Positions 22,958 to 33,808 are shown, numbered from the stretch's first letter. The stretch: DNA of 64,000 nt from Gloeobacterales cyanobacterium (GCA_038245785.1 JBBRSB010000020.1:21485-85484), one strand, 5' to 3'. Made by a program: numbers and translations. Notes: a model not told the origin generated them from the letters alone.

Positions 22958-23389
22958 TTAAATGTAGTACATCAACGTTGCTTGGCGGAGCACTCGATTC
23001 TCACAGAGATCTTTAAGACTGACAGTCCTGAGCGTTTTTTCTACCTGACAGGTTGCTTTAGTCCAGGCTTCGCGGATTAGGGTCAGTTCCAGGGTGGATT
23101 CCGTCGGAGTGGTTTGTTCACACTCTTCTCCTTCGATGGTTTCCATGATTTCCCATAGGCTAATGGCACTGGGAGACCGAGACAGAAGATACCCTCCCCG
23201 CGCCCCTCTCTGGCTTCTCACCAAACCTCTACGGCGTAAAGTTGCCAGCAGTTGTTCCAGATAACGGTCAGGAATATTTTGACGACTGGCTAATTCTTTT
23301 ATCTGCAAAGGCTCGCCTGCTTCATAGGCAAGTGCCAATTCGAAGACAGCAAGCAGGGCATAGGTGCCACGGCTGGAAAGTTCGAGCAT
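22958..23389 (-). CDS. Rrf2 family transcriptional regulator (CymR-like, lacks the IscR three-Cys motif)
   Basis: YLEQLLATLRRRGLVRSQRGARGGYLL winged HTH. Confidence 0.9.
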   Translation of the reverse strand: MLELSSRGTYALLAVFELALAYEAGEPLQIKELASRQNIPDRYLEQLLATLRRRGLVRSQRGARGGYLLSRSPSAISLWEIMETIEGEECEQTTPTESTLELTLIREAWTKATCQVEKTLRTVSLKDLCENRVLRQATLMYYI

Positions 23390-23518
23390 GGGGCAATTAT
23401 ACCCCGCAAATCAAGTAGGGATTTAGGACTTGAGAGATTTGCTATCTTGGACACCGAAGCAAATTCATGGGGCTAGTGCCACACCTCATGGTACAACCCC
23501 GCTCAGCAGTACGACCTT

Positions 23519-24916
23519 ATGTTTGCAGCAGGACAAATTCTACAAGACCGATATCAACTGAAACAGAAGTTTCGACAAGGTGCACCAGGTCGCCAAACAT
23601 GGTTAGCCACTGACTTATCACTACAACCTCAGGAGGATGTAGTGATAAAACTTTTAGCCTTCACTTCTGATATGCAGTGGGATGATTTAAAGCTATTTGA
23701 ACGAGAAGCCCAAGTGCTTCAAAATCTCAATCATCCTCAGATTCCTCACTATAGAGATCATTTTTCCATTGCAGGCTCAGAACTCAACTGGTGGGGTTTA
23801 GTGCAGGCTTATATTCCTGGCTATACGCTGCAAGGACTATTAAATCAGGGTAGAAAATTCAGTGAAACTGAACTTCGAAGAATTGCCAAAGAAGTTTTAC
23901 AGATTTTGGGCTATCTTCACGGTTTACATCCTCCAGTTCTTCATCGTGATATAAAACCGAGTAACTTAATTCTGGGGGAAGATAAACAAATTTATCTTGT
24001 TGATTTCGGGTCAGTACAAAACAAAATGGCTGTCACAGGAGCAACTTTCACGGTGGTTGGAACCAGTGGATATACTCCGTTAGAACAATTCGGTGGGAGA
24101 GCTATCCCAGGTTCTGACCTCTATGCTTTAGGGGCAACCTTAATTCATCTACTTACAGGTGTTTCCCCCTCTGAATTGCCGCAACATAACTTGCGCATTC
24201 ATTTCGCTGAGCAGCTGTCTAGCTACACAAATTTAGATGCAGGTTTTGTCCGTTGGATTGAAAAGTTAACGGAACCATCCTTAGAAAAACGCTTTTCTAG
24301 GGTGAAAGAAGCTCTTAGTACCCTTGGACATATCGCTGCAGTGGCGCCCTCTATGGTTTATGAAAATTTTGAAAAACCAGGAAACTCCATCATCGTTGGT
24401 AAAAAATCCAAGGCAGAATTAGAAATCTATTGCCCTAAAAAATCTTCTGCCACCAAGATTGCTGCTCTAGTTGGAGTTGCCTTTTTAGGCTTACTTGCTT
24501 ATGCTCCAAGTACAGAGAGAGCGATTGTTAGCATTCTATTTGGAATTGGCGTTGTCGCCTATGTTAGTTTGCTTCTCAATTATTTATTTGCTCAGGACTC
24601 TCCCTTCAAAAAGTCCACCTTCTTCGTCCATTTCGATGCTAAAAATAATAGATTTGAATACGGATGTGCAAAAAGTCTTACGCGTTTTGATGCTAAACAC
24701 AACGGACTGCAGCAGGAATTTGGCACTATTTTAAAAATAGACCATGTATCCATATTTCAATATGTGCCTGAGGATGGCTCTGGTCCATTAACTTGGGGAG
24801 TAATAATACTTGGGGCTGAGCAGACCTATAAGTTGCAGTGGGGCTTGACCGAAAAAGAATCTATCTGGTTGGCTAATGAAATTCAATCTTGGATTAATTC
24901 TGTTGAGATTGGATAG
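23519..24916 (+). CDS. Ser/Thr protein kinase with transmembrane segments
   Basis: VVIK, HRDIKPSN, DFG, GTSGYTPLEQ, DLYALG motifs; two hydrophobic helices. Confidence 0.92.
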   Translation: MFAAGQILQDRYQLKQKFRQGAPGRQTWLATDLSLQPQEDVVIKLLAFTSDMQWDDLKLFEREAQVLQNLNHPQIPHYRDHFSIAGSELNWWGLVQAYIPGYTLQGLLNQGRKFSETELRRIAKEVLQILGYLHGLHPPVLHRDIKPSNLILGEDKQIYLVDFGSVQNKMAVTGATFTVVGTSGYTPLEQFGGRAIPGSDLYALGATLIHLLTGVSPSELPQHNLRIHFAEQLSSYTNLDAGFVRWIEKLTEPSLEKRFSRVKEALSTLGHIAAVAPSMVYENFEKPGNSIIVGKKSKAELEIYCPKKSSATKIAALVGVAFLGLLAYAPSTERAIVSILFGIGVVAYVSLLLNYLFAQDSPFKKSTFFVHFDAKNNRFEYGCAKSLTRFDAKHNGLQQEFGTILKIDHVSIFQYVPEDGSGPLTWGVIILGAEQTYKLQWGLTEKESIWLANEIQSWINSVEIG

Positions 24917-25022
24917 TGTTGCCTCGCGCGCTTGCTAAAGGTCTAGCTTATTAAAAGCATTTCCCCTTTCGCTATAGGACGATGGATATGGCAGTCTTAA
25001 AGACACCCCTGTATTCCTCACC

Positions 25023-26135
25023 ATGTTTTTGCGACAACTCCACCTCCGCAATTTTCGTAACTACCTTGACCAGGTGGTGGATTTTGGCGCGCCTAAAACG
25101 ATTGTGCTAGGCGAAAATGCTCAGGGTAAATCTAATCTTCTTGAATCTGTTCAGCTTTTAGCCACAGGCCGTACCTATCGCATCAGCAGAGACCGGGAGC
25201 TGGTTTTACAGCAAAAAGACCAGGGCAAAATTTCAGCAATGGTCGAGCGGGCCGGAAGTTTAATTGAACTGGATTTGCTGCTGCGGATTAATGGACGGCG
25301 TACGGCCAGGATTAACGGCACGACCCAACGGCGCGTGTCAGATTTGCTCGGTCAGATCAATGCCGTTTGTTTTTCAAGTCTGGATTTGGATCTGGTGCGG
25401 GGTGGGCCAGAATCACGTAGAGATTGGTTAGATGGCGTCTTGGTCCAACTAGAGCCTCTCTATATCCATCTTCTGGAGCAATATCGGCGGGTTCTACAAC
25501 AGCGAAATTCGCTTTTGAAACAGGCGGTGGATCATCCTCCTTCGACCGACGAACTAGCCCTTTGGGATGCGCAACTAGTGACTACTGGAGTTGCAATTGC
25601 GCGGCGGCGAGCACGGCTCATCAACCGCTTGGCTCCGATGGCGATTCAGTGGCATACGGCGATCAGTGGCGGTCGGGAAATCTTACGAGTAAGCTATAGC
25701 CCAAAAATTCCGATGCTTTCTGATGAACCCGCTCAGCTTCAACAAGACTTTCTTGCAGCGATTGAGGAGAAGAAAAAATTAGAACTGATGCGAGGGACTT
25801 CTTTGATTGGTCCACATCGAGATGAAGTAGAACTTTTTATTGATGACACACCCGCTCGCCTTTTTGGTTCTCAAGGACAGCAGCGGACGCTGGTTCTCGC
25901 CCTCAAACTGGCAGAACTGGCTTTGATTGAGTCTGTGGCAGGGGAACCGCCTTTATTGTTGTTGGATGACGTGTTGGCAGAACTGGACCTCAATCGCCAG
26001 AACCAACTCCTCGATGCGATTGGTGACCGCGTACAGACCATTGTTACCACGACCCATCTGGGCGCTTTTGATAGTAATTGGTTGAAATCGGCTGAAATTT
26101 TTACAGTTAAAGCAGGGGTTGTCAGTCCTGGATGA
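25023..26135 (+). CDS. recF: DNA replication/repair protein RecF
   Basis: GENAQGKSN Walker A, GPHRD, GSQGQQR, LLLLDDVLAELD. Confidence 0.97.
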   Translation: MFLRQLHLRNFRNYLDQVVDFGAPKTIVLGENAQGKSNLLESVQLLATGRTYRISRDRELVLQQKDQGKISAMVERAGSLIELDLLLRINGRRTARINGTTQRRVSDLLGQINAVCFSSLDLDLVRGGPESRRDWLDGVLVQLEPLYIHLLEQYRRVLQQRNSLLKQAVDHPPSTDELALWDAQLVTTGVAIARRRARLINRLAPMAIQWHTAISGGREILRVSYSPKIPMLSDEPAQLQQDFLAAIEEKKKLELMRGTSLIGPHRDEVELFIDDTPARLFGSQGQQRTLVLALKLAELALIESVAGEPPLLLLDDVLAELDLNRQNQLLDAIGDRVQTIVTTTHLGAFDSNWLKSAEIFTVKAGVVSPG

Positions 26136-26333
26136 TTTTGTTAGCAGAGGCATCGTTAAAATAGTGAAACGGAAACTCTCCAGGAGAGCGTGCTATGCCG
26201 AAAATTACCCTTTAAGTCTCAGAAGAACTCTCTAAACAATTAGCTCAACTAGGCTACCGTCTCCCTGAGCTATTAGACGGGGATACAATGGACACAGCAA
26301 TTCAGACCGTTTAATCGTTGACGGCTCTAAACT

Positions 26334-26585
26334 ATGCAATCTGCGTTACACATCACTACCAAAGTGTTACCCGGAAATCGGGTCGAAATTCAGCTTCCTT
26401 CCGGCTCCGAAGGGCAAGAAGTGAATGTATTCATTGTTTTGTCAACGGCAGCCTTACCGCTAAACCCACAAAATCGGACTGACCAGCTGGCCAAAATGGC
26501 TGAAGATTCCGATATTCAGTCAGAGCTGGCTGCAATCAATGCCGACTTTGCGATCGCTCAAATGGATGGCCTAGGCATTGAATGA
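26334..26585 (+). CDS. Putative antitoxin upstream of the PemK/MazF toxin
   Basis: 83 aa with an ATGA overlap onto the toxin gene; acidic C-terminus. Confidence 0.7.
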   Translation: MQSALHITTKVLPGNRVEIQLPSGSEGQEVNVFIVLSTAALPLNPQNRTDQLAKMAEDSDIQSELAAINADFAIAQMDGLGIE

Positions 26586-26929
26586 GTATTCAGCGAGGAC
26601 AGATTTATTTTGTCAACCTCAACCCAGTCCAAGGGCGAGAACAGGCTGGGCAAAGACCCGTTTTAGTCTTCTCGATCAATGAAATCAATGCGTTACCGCT
26701 GGTTGTTACCGTAATCGTGGGTACAAAAGGTGCCAATATCCGCCAAAACTACCCAACCAACGTGCGAGTTGCACCAGAAGACAGTGGATTATCCTTAGAA
26801 ACCGTGTTCCTCTGCTTTCAAATTCGATCCCTAGATCCCAAACGGTTTACGCAACAGCCAGCCGGAATATTGATCGCAACCAAAATGGTAGAAGTTGAAA
26901 CCGCCGTCCGATATTGTCTAGCACTGTAA
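26582..26929 (+). CDS. mazF: PemK/MazF family toxin
   Basis: RGQIYFVNLNPVQGREQAGQRPVLV and QIRSLD motifs. Confidence 0.9.
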   Translation: MSIQRGQIYFVNLNPVQGREQAGQRPVLVFSINEINALPLVVTVIVGTKGANIRQNYPTNVRVAPEDSGLSLETVFLCFQIRSLDPKRFTQQPAGILIATKMVEVETAVRYCLAL

Positions 26930-26961
26930 CGTCTGATTCCGTCAGCGGTGACGAGACATCG

Positions 26962-27417
26962 TTAGAAATCTACTAACTGTTTGGTCATGAGGATACGCTC
27001 ATGGCTTTGATAGCCAGTTCTGTGATAGAGACGCTGGGCATCAGGATTTTTAAAATCTACTTCTAAATGAAGTGCTTGCACACCCGAAACTCGGCAGGCA
27101 TCCTCTGCAAAGGCTAACGTCTTGGTTCCAATTCCTTGTTGCCGATATGGGGGAGAAAGATAAAACTCATCGAGAAAGGCATCTCGTCCCCGGTATTCAA
27201 GGCTATAGCCGAAAGTCACCATGATATAACCAATCACTTCGCTCCCTAGCTGAATCAACCACAATTGCCCTAAAGATGTGTCAGACAAGAAATTTGCGAG
27301 AACCTCACGATCGATGGTTTCATCGAAGGGCAACTGCTCAGTTTCATGGAATTTCCTTACCAATTCCAGCAAGATGGGGAGATCTGAGATCGCTGCAACT
27401 CGATAGTTAATAGTCAC
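26962..27417 (-). CDS. GNAT family N-acetyltransferase
   Basis: YRQQGIG acetyl-CoA motif and NPDAQRLY. Confidence 0.88.
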   Translation of the reverse strand: MTINYRVAAISDLPILLELVRKFHETEQLPFDETIDREVLANFLSDTSLGQLWLIQLGSEVIGYIMVTFGYSLEYRGRDAFLDEFYLSPPYRQQGIGTKTLAFAEDACRVSGVQALHLEVDFKNPDAQRLYHRTGYQSHERILMTKQLVDF

Positions 27418-27475
27418 CTCATACCCTCTCTATGCAACAAGTAATCAGCCTTTTACTCCGCGCTGTACTGGCACA

Positions 27476-27797
27476 TTACGAAAGATCAGGACCAGCATCC
27501 TGGTGGCGCGGAAGCTGATCTACTGTATCAAACCAAGAAATTTGACTTTGAGTCCAGATGTGGTACTCCGGTTTGAGCATCACTGGATCATCCAGACTGG
27601 CAATTGTGACGTCAATAGTGGTAGCGTCCTCAACCTTTTGGAAGGCGATTTGAGTGCCACAAATACCACAAAATTCCCGCTGGCTCTGGGGAGAGGATAG
27701 ATAGACTAATGGCTTCCCTTTTATATAAGTGAACGCTTTAATCGGGAACGTTGCCCATGCCAAAACGGGCGCACCTGCTGAGCGCTGACAACTGCGA
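27476..27797 (-). pseudogene. GFA (CENP-V-like) family fragment, N-terminus missing
   Basis: CQRSAGAP..AW, REFCGICGT and PEYHIW motifs; no start codon or first Cys cluster. Confidence 0.65.
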
Positions 27798-27816
27798 TTT
27801 TCTTTTCCCTACATCA

Positions 27817-28190
27817 TCAAACCTTTTTATCTTTATCGGGCAAAACTGAGAGCGCCACCGCTGCAAAGGATTCGAGTGTTTTGCGATCGGTTTGTATATA
27901 TGTGAGAACTAAAAGCCCCTGAAAGCTCGTCAGTAGGTGTATTGACAATAAGTGTGCATCCTCTGCCGATAAAACGACTATGCGAGCAGCGAGACGAGCG
28001 AAACCGTCCTGAGTAAGTTGAAAGCCTCGACGAACTTGGGTAGCGCTCTCCGGATTAGTTAAGCCGATTTCGATCGCGGTGTTGGTAAGGATGCAGGCAC
28101 GTCCATCTTGCAACGAATAATCAATAGCAGAGTGGAAGAACCACCGAATGCCGTCTTCCGGAGATTCAAATCCACAGGCACTCGCGTTTG
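27817..28190 (-). pseudogene. TetR family C-terminal fragment
   Basis: CILTNTAIE and LLTSFQGLLVL resemble the TetR C-domain; no HTH upstream. Confidence 0.55.
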
Positions 28191-28265
28191 TGCAAAAACT
28201 GGCGTACCACTCATCACATCTGGTGTTGCAGTCATGATTTTAGGCTAAGTAGTTCTCTAAGAAGT

Positions 28266-28601
28266 TTACGCTCTGTCTTTCTTCAGGCGCTCTAATTCTT
28301 CATCAAATTCATCCGTAGCCTCTGTCAAAAGTTTGAGGTCTGGATTCTCAGGATTGGCGAGGCGGGCGGGGAGAATGGCCACAATATCTTCTACTTCTAC
28401 GTGCCCTTTTACCCTGGCCCGTTCCATAAGCGCTTCGATGAATTTACGGGCCTCCTCTGCGGATAAAAGTCCTCGTGCAATCAGTTCATCAAGGAGGGGT
28501 TGGGCCCTGGCTAGCAAGTTTTCTAACCGTACTCCGACCAAGGCAGCCAGCCCTAAACCTAAGAGCAAAGTTCGGTGAGCGATAGTCTTGAGTTCATCCA
28601 T
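28266..28601 (-). CDS. Phasin-like hypothetical protein
   Basis: LLLGLGLAAL and DELIARGLLSAEEARKFIE pattern. Confidence 0.65.
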   Translation of the reverse strand: MDELKTIAHRTLLLGLGLAALVGVRLENLLARAQPLLDELIARGLLSAEEARKFIEALMERARVKGHVEVEDIVAILPARLANPENPDLKLLTEATDEFDEELERLKKDRA

Positions 28602-28699
28602 AGGGAATAAGCATACACGTCAGTTCTAGTCTGGCAGTTTTTTGGATGTCGCAGACATAGGAATGCTTGAGTTAGATTAGAAAAAACCTGAGGTCGACT

Positions 28700-28900
28700 A
28701 TGTTTCCTTTAGAAGCGTTCTACAACTCCTGTTACGGTTCAGAGCCTCCTTCTCGCAAGGCACGTCTGCAGCGCAAACTCAAGTTCCTGAAGCGCATGAA
28801 AGATGGCTTAGAAACCCGTCTATCGGCTGTAGATGCAGCGATTGGCACCGTCGAGCGGCAAATTGGTGAGGAAGATAGCACCGATGCTGCTTCTGCTTAA
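28700..28900 (+). CDS. Small coiled-coil hypothetical protein
   Basis: GAGG RBS; LETRLSAVDAAIGTVERQI coiled coil. Confidence 0.65.
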   Translation: MFPLEAFYNSCYGSEPPSRKARLQRKLKFLKRMKDGLETRLSAVDAAIGTVERQIGEEDSTDAASA

Positions 28901-28914
28901 CGTTGGAAGCGTGC

Positions 28915-29565
28915 CTAGCTCCTGGGAGCAGCCATCACAATCGCTCCCAGGACAGGCACGTTGTCATCCATGAGAACGGCTTGAATCTCATTCAGCGTAG
29001 CGCCCGTAGTGTAGATATCGTCTAGGAGCAAAACGCCTGTATTTTGCAATTTACCACTTCCTTTCCAGAGGAAAGCTTGCTTTAGGTTCTCTTGACGAGC
29101 CCTAGGAGAAAGCCCAAACTGAGCCTGAGTGTCACGCCTACGCACTAAGCTCTGCGTATCCAGGGTATATCCAGTCCAACGACAAAAAGATTGCCCTAAT
29201 AATTCTGTTTGGTTGTAGCCCCGCGTCTTGCGTCTTTCTACAGAAATAGGCACAGGTACTACCCGCACGTTCTTGATCCCCAACTGCTCAGTTTGTTCAA
29301 AAGCTTGCCACCAAGCCCCTAATTTGTTTCCCAAGAAAAAACCGATATCTTTTCGACCCTGGTATTTCACCAGCGAAAGCAGATGCTCTAAAGTGCCGTA
29401 GTATTCTCCCCACGCCCATAATTTCATCGGGTGTGTCTGCACCAACGCTGTAGCTCTTTGCTCCGAGTCCAAGGCTTTCAAGCAATAAGCACATAAAGCT
29501 TCAGGAGATGAACGCTGGCAGAGGGCACAGGTATTTCGCGCCAGGAGCTTGACCAGAGGCTGCAT
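28915..29565 (-). CDS. comF: ComF family competence protein
   Basis: CALC...CAYC zinc finger, RGYNQ, LLLDDIYTTGAT PRTase motif. Confidence 0.9.
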   Translation of the reverse strand: MQPLVKLLARNTCALCQRSSPEALCAYCLKALDSEQRATALVQTHPMKLWAWGEYYGTLEHLLSLVKYQGRKDIGFFLGNKLGAWWQAFEQTEQLGIKNVRVVPVPISVERRKTRGYNQTELLGQSFCRWTGYTLDTQSLVRRRDTQAQFGLSPRARQENLKQAFLWKGSGKLQNTGVLLLDDIYTTGATLNEIQAVLMDDNVPVLGAIVMAAPRS

Positions 29566-29592
29566 GTCTATATCTATTAATGATTCGCTGCA

Positions 29593-30279
29593 CTACATCA
29601 TCATCGCGCCAATCAGGAAAATACCATTGACCAGAAGCGTATTCAAAACAGCACCACTGAAGGCCCACCAGTGAGGCTTATCCGAGCGCAAACCGAGTAA
29701 CCCAATTACTAATAAAGACGCAACAATCAGACCAGCCCAGGCAAAGCTCAGAGGAGTATTCATCTGCCCCAGCGCCCCTTCCATGATTGGAGCAATATCG
29801 CCCTGCTCGTTTTGCATCATCTGCGTCCACCATTCGGGTAGACCAGCACCAAAGATATAAACATCGGTCAAAGCTGTGCCGATGAAGGAACCGAGAAAGA
29901 ATAAACTGCCAATTCTCAAACGGGGGAAAGTAAGGGCCAACAGGGCAATGGGAACGCCTAGGGCTTCGATAGGAAGATGCAGATAGGGATTGGTACGCAG
30001 CCACCCCCAGTAAAGGGTGCCGCACCACCAGCTCAAGGTGAATCCAAAAAGCAAGGAACCCCAAAGTTCCTGCTTACGCTTTAAAAGATAAATACTCGAC
30101 AGCATCCAAAAGAGCGTTAGCGCCAGGCTCACGCCAGGGGCAAGACGGACAAGCGGCGCTTGAAAAAAGACAGGGACCGATACCAGGAAAGCTCCAGCCA
30201 GGAAAGCTACAGTATTCGGAGACCAGGCAATAGCTTTGGTCTTGGCTTTTCTAGGAGTAAGGAGAGAGAAAGTAGACAA
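29593..30279 (-). CDS. DUF3120 family membrane protein
   Basis: FLVSVPVFFQAPLVR, YWGWLR and HLPIEA motifs. Confidence 0.85.
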   Translation of the reverse strand: MSTFSLLTPRKAKTKAIAWSPNTVAFLAGAFLVSVPVFFQAPLVRLAPGVSLALTLFWMLSSIYLLKRKQELWGSLLFGFTLSWWCGTLYWGWLRTNPYLHLPIEALGVPIALLALTFPRLRIGSLFFLGSFIGTALTDVYIFGAGLPEWWTQMMQNEQGDIAPIMEGALGQMNTPLSFAWAGLIVASLLVIGLLGLRSDKPHWWAFSGAVLNTLLVNGIFLIGAMMM

Positions 30280-30348
30280 AATAATTTCTTAAAATAGCTT
30301 CGCACATCTTAACATATCTAGTCATATTGAGCATGGTAGTTTACATTT

Positions 30349-31050
30349 ATGGCCTCAGAACTTCCTCGGAGTCTGGCGAGCACAGGATATCAAGTACAGC
30401 AGGCAATCAAAGCGGCCCTTGCTGATGGTCATTCCTTGCTGCAAGTAGACATTCAAAACCAACGCACTACTTCAGTGGATCTGACACGACCTCTGCTAGA
30501 AGCTCTGCCAGAGCCAGTTTCTATTCTGTTTGCAACGGGTACGGCGGGATTGGCAGAAGAGCGTTGGGCTACTGTTCCCCCCGATTGTCAACTTATCGAT
30601 GTGGGACTTCGGGACAGACTTCTGCGCAAAAATTGGAAAACCTTAGTGCTTGTGGATGGCAGTTCGATCGACCTGCCTGTTCTTGATGAAATCATGCAAC
30701 CTGCCCGTAAGCGGCCTGTTCTGATTGTCAATAATTGGCCTGAAGCTCCTGGGACGATCGGGACAGGCCGAGGAAGCTCAAAAAAGCGCAAAGAGTTCCG
30801 TGAGAAAGTAGAAGTCATCTACTATCTCCAGGCAACCCGTTATGTTCCCCTTATCATTTCTCGTCAATATCCAGGCCCCTGGTGCATCTGGGAAGAACAA
30901 GGTTCAGGAGCCTATAGATTACTAGAAGAATTCACCAATCCTCCTACGACCAAAGATTTGAAACGCTGGAGCAGCAAAGTTCCTTTTCCTGGCCCGATTA
31001 AAATCTGGGACCATTTTTGGGGCGGCCCTAATTTCTTTCGCTCCTGGTAA
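30349..31050 (+). CDS. DUF1995-like hypothetical protein
   Basis: AIKAALADG..LLQVDI, YYLQ and RQYPGPW motifs. Confidence 0.6.
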   Translation: MASELPRSLASTGYQVQQAIKAALADGHSLLQVDIQNQRTTSVDLTRPLLEALPEPVSILFATGTAGLAEERWATVPPDCQLIDVGLRDRLLRKNWKTLVLVDGSSIDLPVLDEIMQPARKRPVLIVNNWPEAPGTIGTGRGSSKKRKEFREKVEVIYYLQATRYVPLIISRQYPGPWCIWEEQGSGAYRLLEEFTNPPTTKDLKRWSSKVPFPGPIKIWDHFWGGPNFFRSW

Positions 31051-31074
31051 ATTTTCCTAGCAACTAACCTTCAT

Positions 31075-32022
31075 TTAAAGACTCGCAAACTTATCCGTTG
31101 CTTCGATCAAACCACTTCGGATACCCGGTTCCATCATTGAGTGTCCGGCATCGGGTACAACGACGAACTCTGCTTCCGGCCAAGCTTGGTGCAGTTCCCA
31201 AGCGCTGATCATCGGACAAACGACATCGTAACGCCCTTGAACAATTACGGCTGGGAGGTGTCGAATACGATCTACATTTTTCAACAGTTGGTCTTCAGAT
31301 TCAAGGAAGCCTTTATTCACAAAGTAGTGACATTCAATACGGGCAAAAGCATCCGCAAAAGTCTCTCGACCAAAGTTTTGAGCAGCATTAGGGTCTGGGT
31401 AAAGTCTACTGGTACTTCCCTCCCAAATACTCCAGGCTTTAGCGGCTTCTAGGCGAATATTTCGATCGGGGCTACACAGTCTTTTGTAATAGGCTGAGAT
31501 AAAATCATGTCGTTCTTCTATGGGAATCGGTTTTATAAACTCTTCCCAGGCATCGGGGAATATATAGCTCGTTCCTTCCTGATAGAACCATTGCAGTTCT
31601 TTTTGTCGAAGAAGAAAAATGCCGCGCAGAATCAGACCCTTACAAGCTTCAGGATGGGTTTGGCTATAGGCCAAAGAAAGCGTACTGCCCCAACTTCCGC
31701 CAAAGATAACCCATTGGTCAATACTTAAATGTTTACGCAGCGTTTCTATATCTTGAACTAAGTGCCATGTTGTATTTTCTTCTAACTCTGCATGGGGTGT
31801 ACTTTGTCCACAACCACGCTGGTCAAATAGAATCAGACGCCATTGTTCAGGGTTGAAATATTGACGATAGGCCGCGTTTATTCCACCACCCGGCCCCCCA
31901 TGTAAAAAGACGGCGGGCTTCCCTTTTGGGTTACCTGCTTCTTCGTAGTAAATCGTATGTAGATCTGAAACTTTTAATGTGCCCGTTTGATAAGGATGAA
32001 CAGAAGAGTACAACTCGCGCAT
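31075..32022 (-). CDS. pip: Proline iminopeptidase
   Basis: HGGPG, GGSWG nucleophile, GRYDVVCP, AGHS. Confidence 0.95.
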   Translation of the reverse strand: MRELYSSVHPYQTGTLKVSDLHTIYYEEAGNPKGKPAVFLHGGPGGGINAAYRQYFNPEQWRLILFDQRGCGQSTPHAELEENTTWHLVQDIETLRKHLSIDQWVIFGGSWGSTLSLAYSQTHPEACKGLILRGIFLLRQKELQWFYQEGTSYIFPDAWEEFIKPIPIEERHDFISAYYKRLCSPDRNIRLEAAKAWSIWEGSTSRLYPDPNAAQNFGRETFADAFARIECHYFVNKGFLESEDQLLKNVDRIRHLPAVIVQGRYDVVCPMISAWELHQAWPEAEFVVVPDAGHSMMEPGIRSGLIEATDKFASL

Positions 32023-32031
32023 AGAAGAAAA

Positions 32032-32793
32032 CTAACCTTGGGTGAGCGTTTGAATAAAATTACGAACCACGGGTCCCGTAAATCGGTCCACGAATCGTTT
32101 CATAAAATCTAAAAAGTCATCTTCCATTTGGTGGTCTGCATTATCAGAAATAATTCGGACCACAGCAAAGGGAATTTCTTGACTACGACATACTTGGCCC
32201 ACCGCCGCACTCTCCATGTCGACACTCAAAGCACTCGGGAAGAGCTTTAAAAGTTCTGACTTCTTCACAGGGTCAAAAATTATCTGGTCTCCAGTCAGGG
32301 CTAACCCCTGATGTACCGTTAGTTCTGCAATCCCCAACTCAGCCAGCTCTTCAGGGCTAAAGCTGCTTTCTTGAATAACCTGTAGACAAGCTTGATAGGC
32401 ATTTTCCAATAGAGAAGTTTCAGCCATCAGTTCCCGTAGCCCTAGAAGTGGAATTTCTCCTTGAGCAAAGAAGGGTCGAGCATCCATATCGTGTTGGGCA
32501 ACACCTGTAGCAACGACAATATCTCCTCTACGAATTTGAGGACTCAGACCACCTGCTACACCAACAAAGAGAATAGCATCCACCCCAAAGAAATCAATCA
32601 TGCTCTGGGTATGGGACGCAGCTGCCACCTTTCCCCAACCAGAACGACCCAAGACCACAGGAAAACCCAAGAGTTGACCTTCATGAAAAGTCGTCCGTCC
32701 CCGTAAAACTTGCTTTGCCTGCTCTAACGTATGTTCTAGCGCCCAAGTCTCTTCTTCCATGGCACTGAGAATGCCCAACTTTTGGATACGCAT
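32032..32793 (-). CDS. mtnN: 5'-methylthioadenosine/S-adenosylhomocysteine nucleosidase
   Basis: SGWGKVAAA, GVAGG, DMESAA, RIISDNAD motifs. Confidence 0.92.
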   Translation of the reverse strand: MRIQKLGILSAMEEETWALEHTLEQAKQVLRGRTTFHEGQLLGFPVVLGRSGWGKVAAASHTQSMIDFFGVDAILFVGVAGGLSPQIRRGDIVVATGVAQHDMDARPFFAQGEIPLLGLRELMAETSLLENAYQACLQVIQESSFSPEELAELGIAELTVHQGLALTGDQIIFDPVKKSELLKLFPSALSVDMESAAVGQVCRSQEIPFAVVRIISDNADHQMEDDFLDFMKRFVDRFTGPVVRNFIQTLTQG

Positions 32794-32910
32794 CAGGACT
32801 GTCCTAATAATTTTAAAGAATATTTATTTAATAGTAGTTTGCACATTAGTCTCCTATAGGACACCTACTCTTTCTAGCTAATACCCGAACGAGGGGCAAG
32901 AATATGAAGG

Positions 32911-33777
32911 CTAAGAGCGACTGAATGCTATCTTTTCAGCATCAATGGATTGAATGGGCGTCAGCTCTCCCGTGCTGTTGTTCACGCTCAGTAAGAAATT
33001 TTTATCCCGCTCTTCGACATCAGCCAGGGCAAAAAGCTGGTTTGTGTCTGAACAAGCTAGATCTTTTAGATCACTGGACAAGGTGCGTTTGCCGAAACGC
33101 AGGGTTGAAAGGTTAATAATCTTTTGATTTTGGAAATCCAACTGCACGAGACGGGTAGAGCCTTCTAAGGACAGAGCCGTCATGTAAAACGTTCCATCAG
33201 GGCATTGGGTTAGATTGCTGAATCGTTCCGTTGCAGAGAAGTTGAAACCCTCTATCACTTTTGCTTGGCCCGTTGTCGGGTCAAGGGTGGCTAGACGAAA
33301 AGGTGGAATTCCACTATTTAGGCTGACAATGGCAAGTATGGAGCCATTATCAGGTGCTAGACTCTCAATCGTGCTGTTTTCCCCAAGCCCCGTCACCTTC
33401 AGGGTCTGTGTGGATGAATTAGAGATCGTTAGACGACTGATAATCACTGGCTCTCCAGGAATGCCTTCTATCCTTGAAATTAGGAGACTTCCTGTGGGTA
33501 AGGTAGTAAAGCCACCAATCCGTTCTTTGCGGGGAATGGCGAAGGGCGTATTTCCTGAAATCTGACGTCGTGACCGTCTTTGGGTTTTGCCGTTCTCTAT
33601 TTCTATGCTGTCGATCACGAGTTCAGTGTTGGCTTCATCGCTTGTCGGTTGCCGCCGAAGGCTATAGAAGACGGGTTTCGATTGAGCAAAGGCCCCCTCC
33701 GCAGGAACCCCCAGCGCTGCCACCGTTGCACTTGCCACTACAAATTGATTAAATTGCCGCCGATTTATCTTTTTCAT
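32911..33777 (-). CDS. Tat-exported beta-rich (propeller-like) hypothetical protein
   Basis: NRRQF Tat motif with AFA cleavage site; repeated beta-blade pattern. Confidence 0.7.
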   Translation of the reverse strand: MKKINRRQFNQFVVASATVAALGVPAEGAFAQSKPVFYSLRRQPTSDEANTELVIDSIEIENGKTQRRSRRQISGNTPFAIPRKERIGGFTTLPTGSLLISRIEGIPGEPVIISRLTISNSSTQTLKVTGLGENSTIESLAPDNGSILAIVSLNSGIPPFRLATLDPTTGQAKVIEGFNFSATERFSNLTQCPDGTFYMTALSLEGSTRLVQLDFQNQKIINLSTLRFGKRTLSSDLKDLACSDTNQLFALADVEERDKNFLLSVNNSTGELTPIQSIDAEKIAFSRS

Positions 33778-33808
33778 ACTTATTTCCACCTTCCAAAGAA
33801 TAATCAAG

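Noticed and set aside
26195..26280. MPKITL-stop-VSEELSKQLAQLGYRLPELL fragment upstream of the mazF pair
   Set aside because: Looks like a decayed small gene but is too short to assign.
26923..26968. attC-like TAAC...GTTAG between mazF and the GNAT gene
   Set aside because: Too short for an attC site; the motifs are convergent stop codons and no integron integrase is present.
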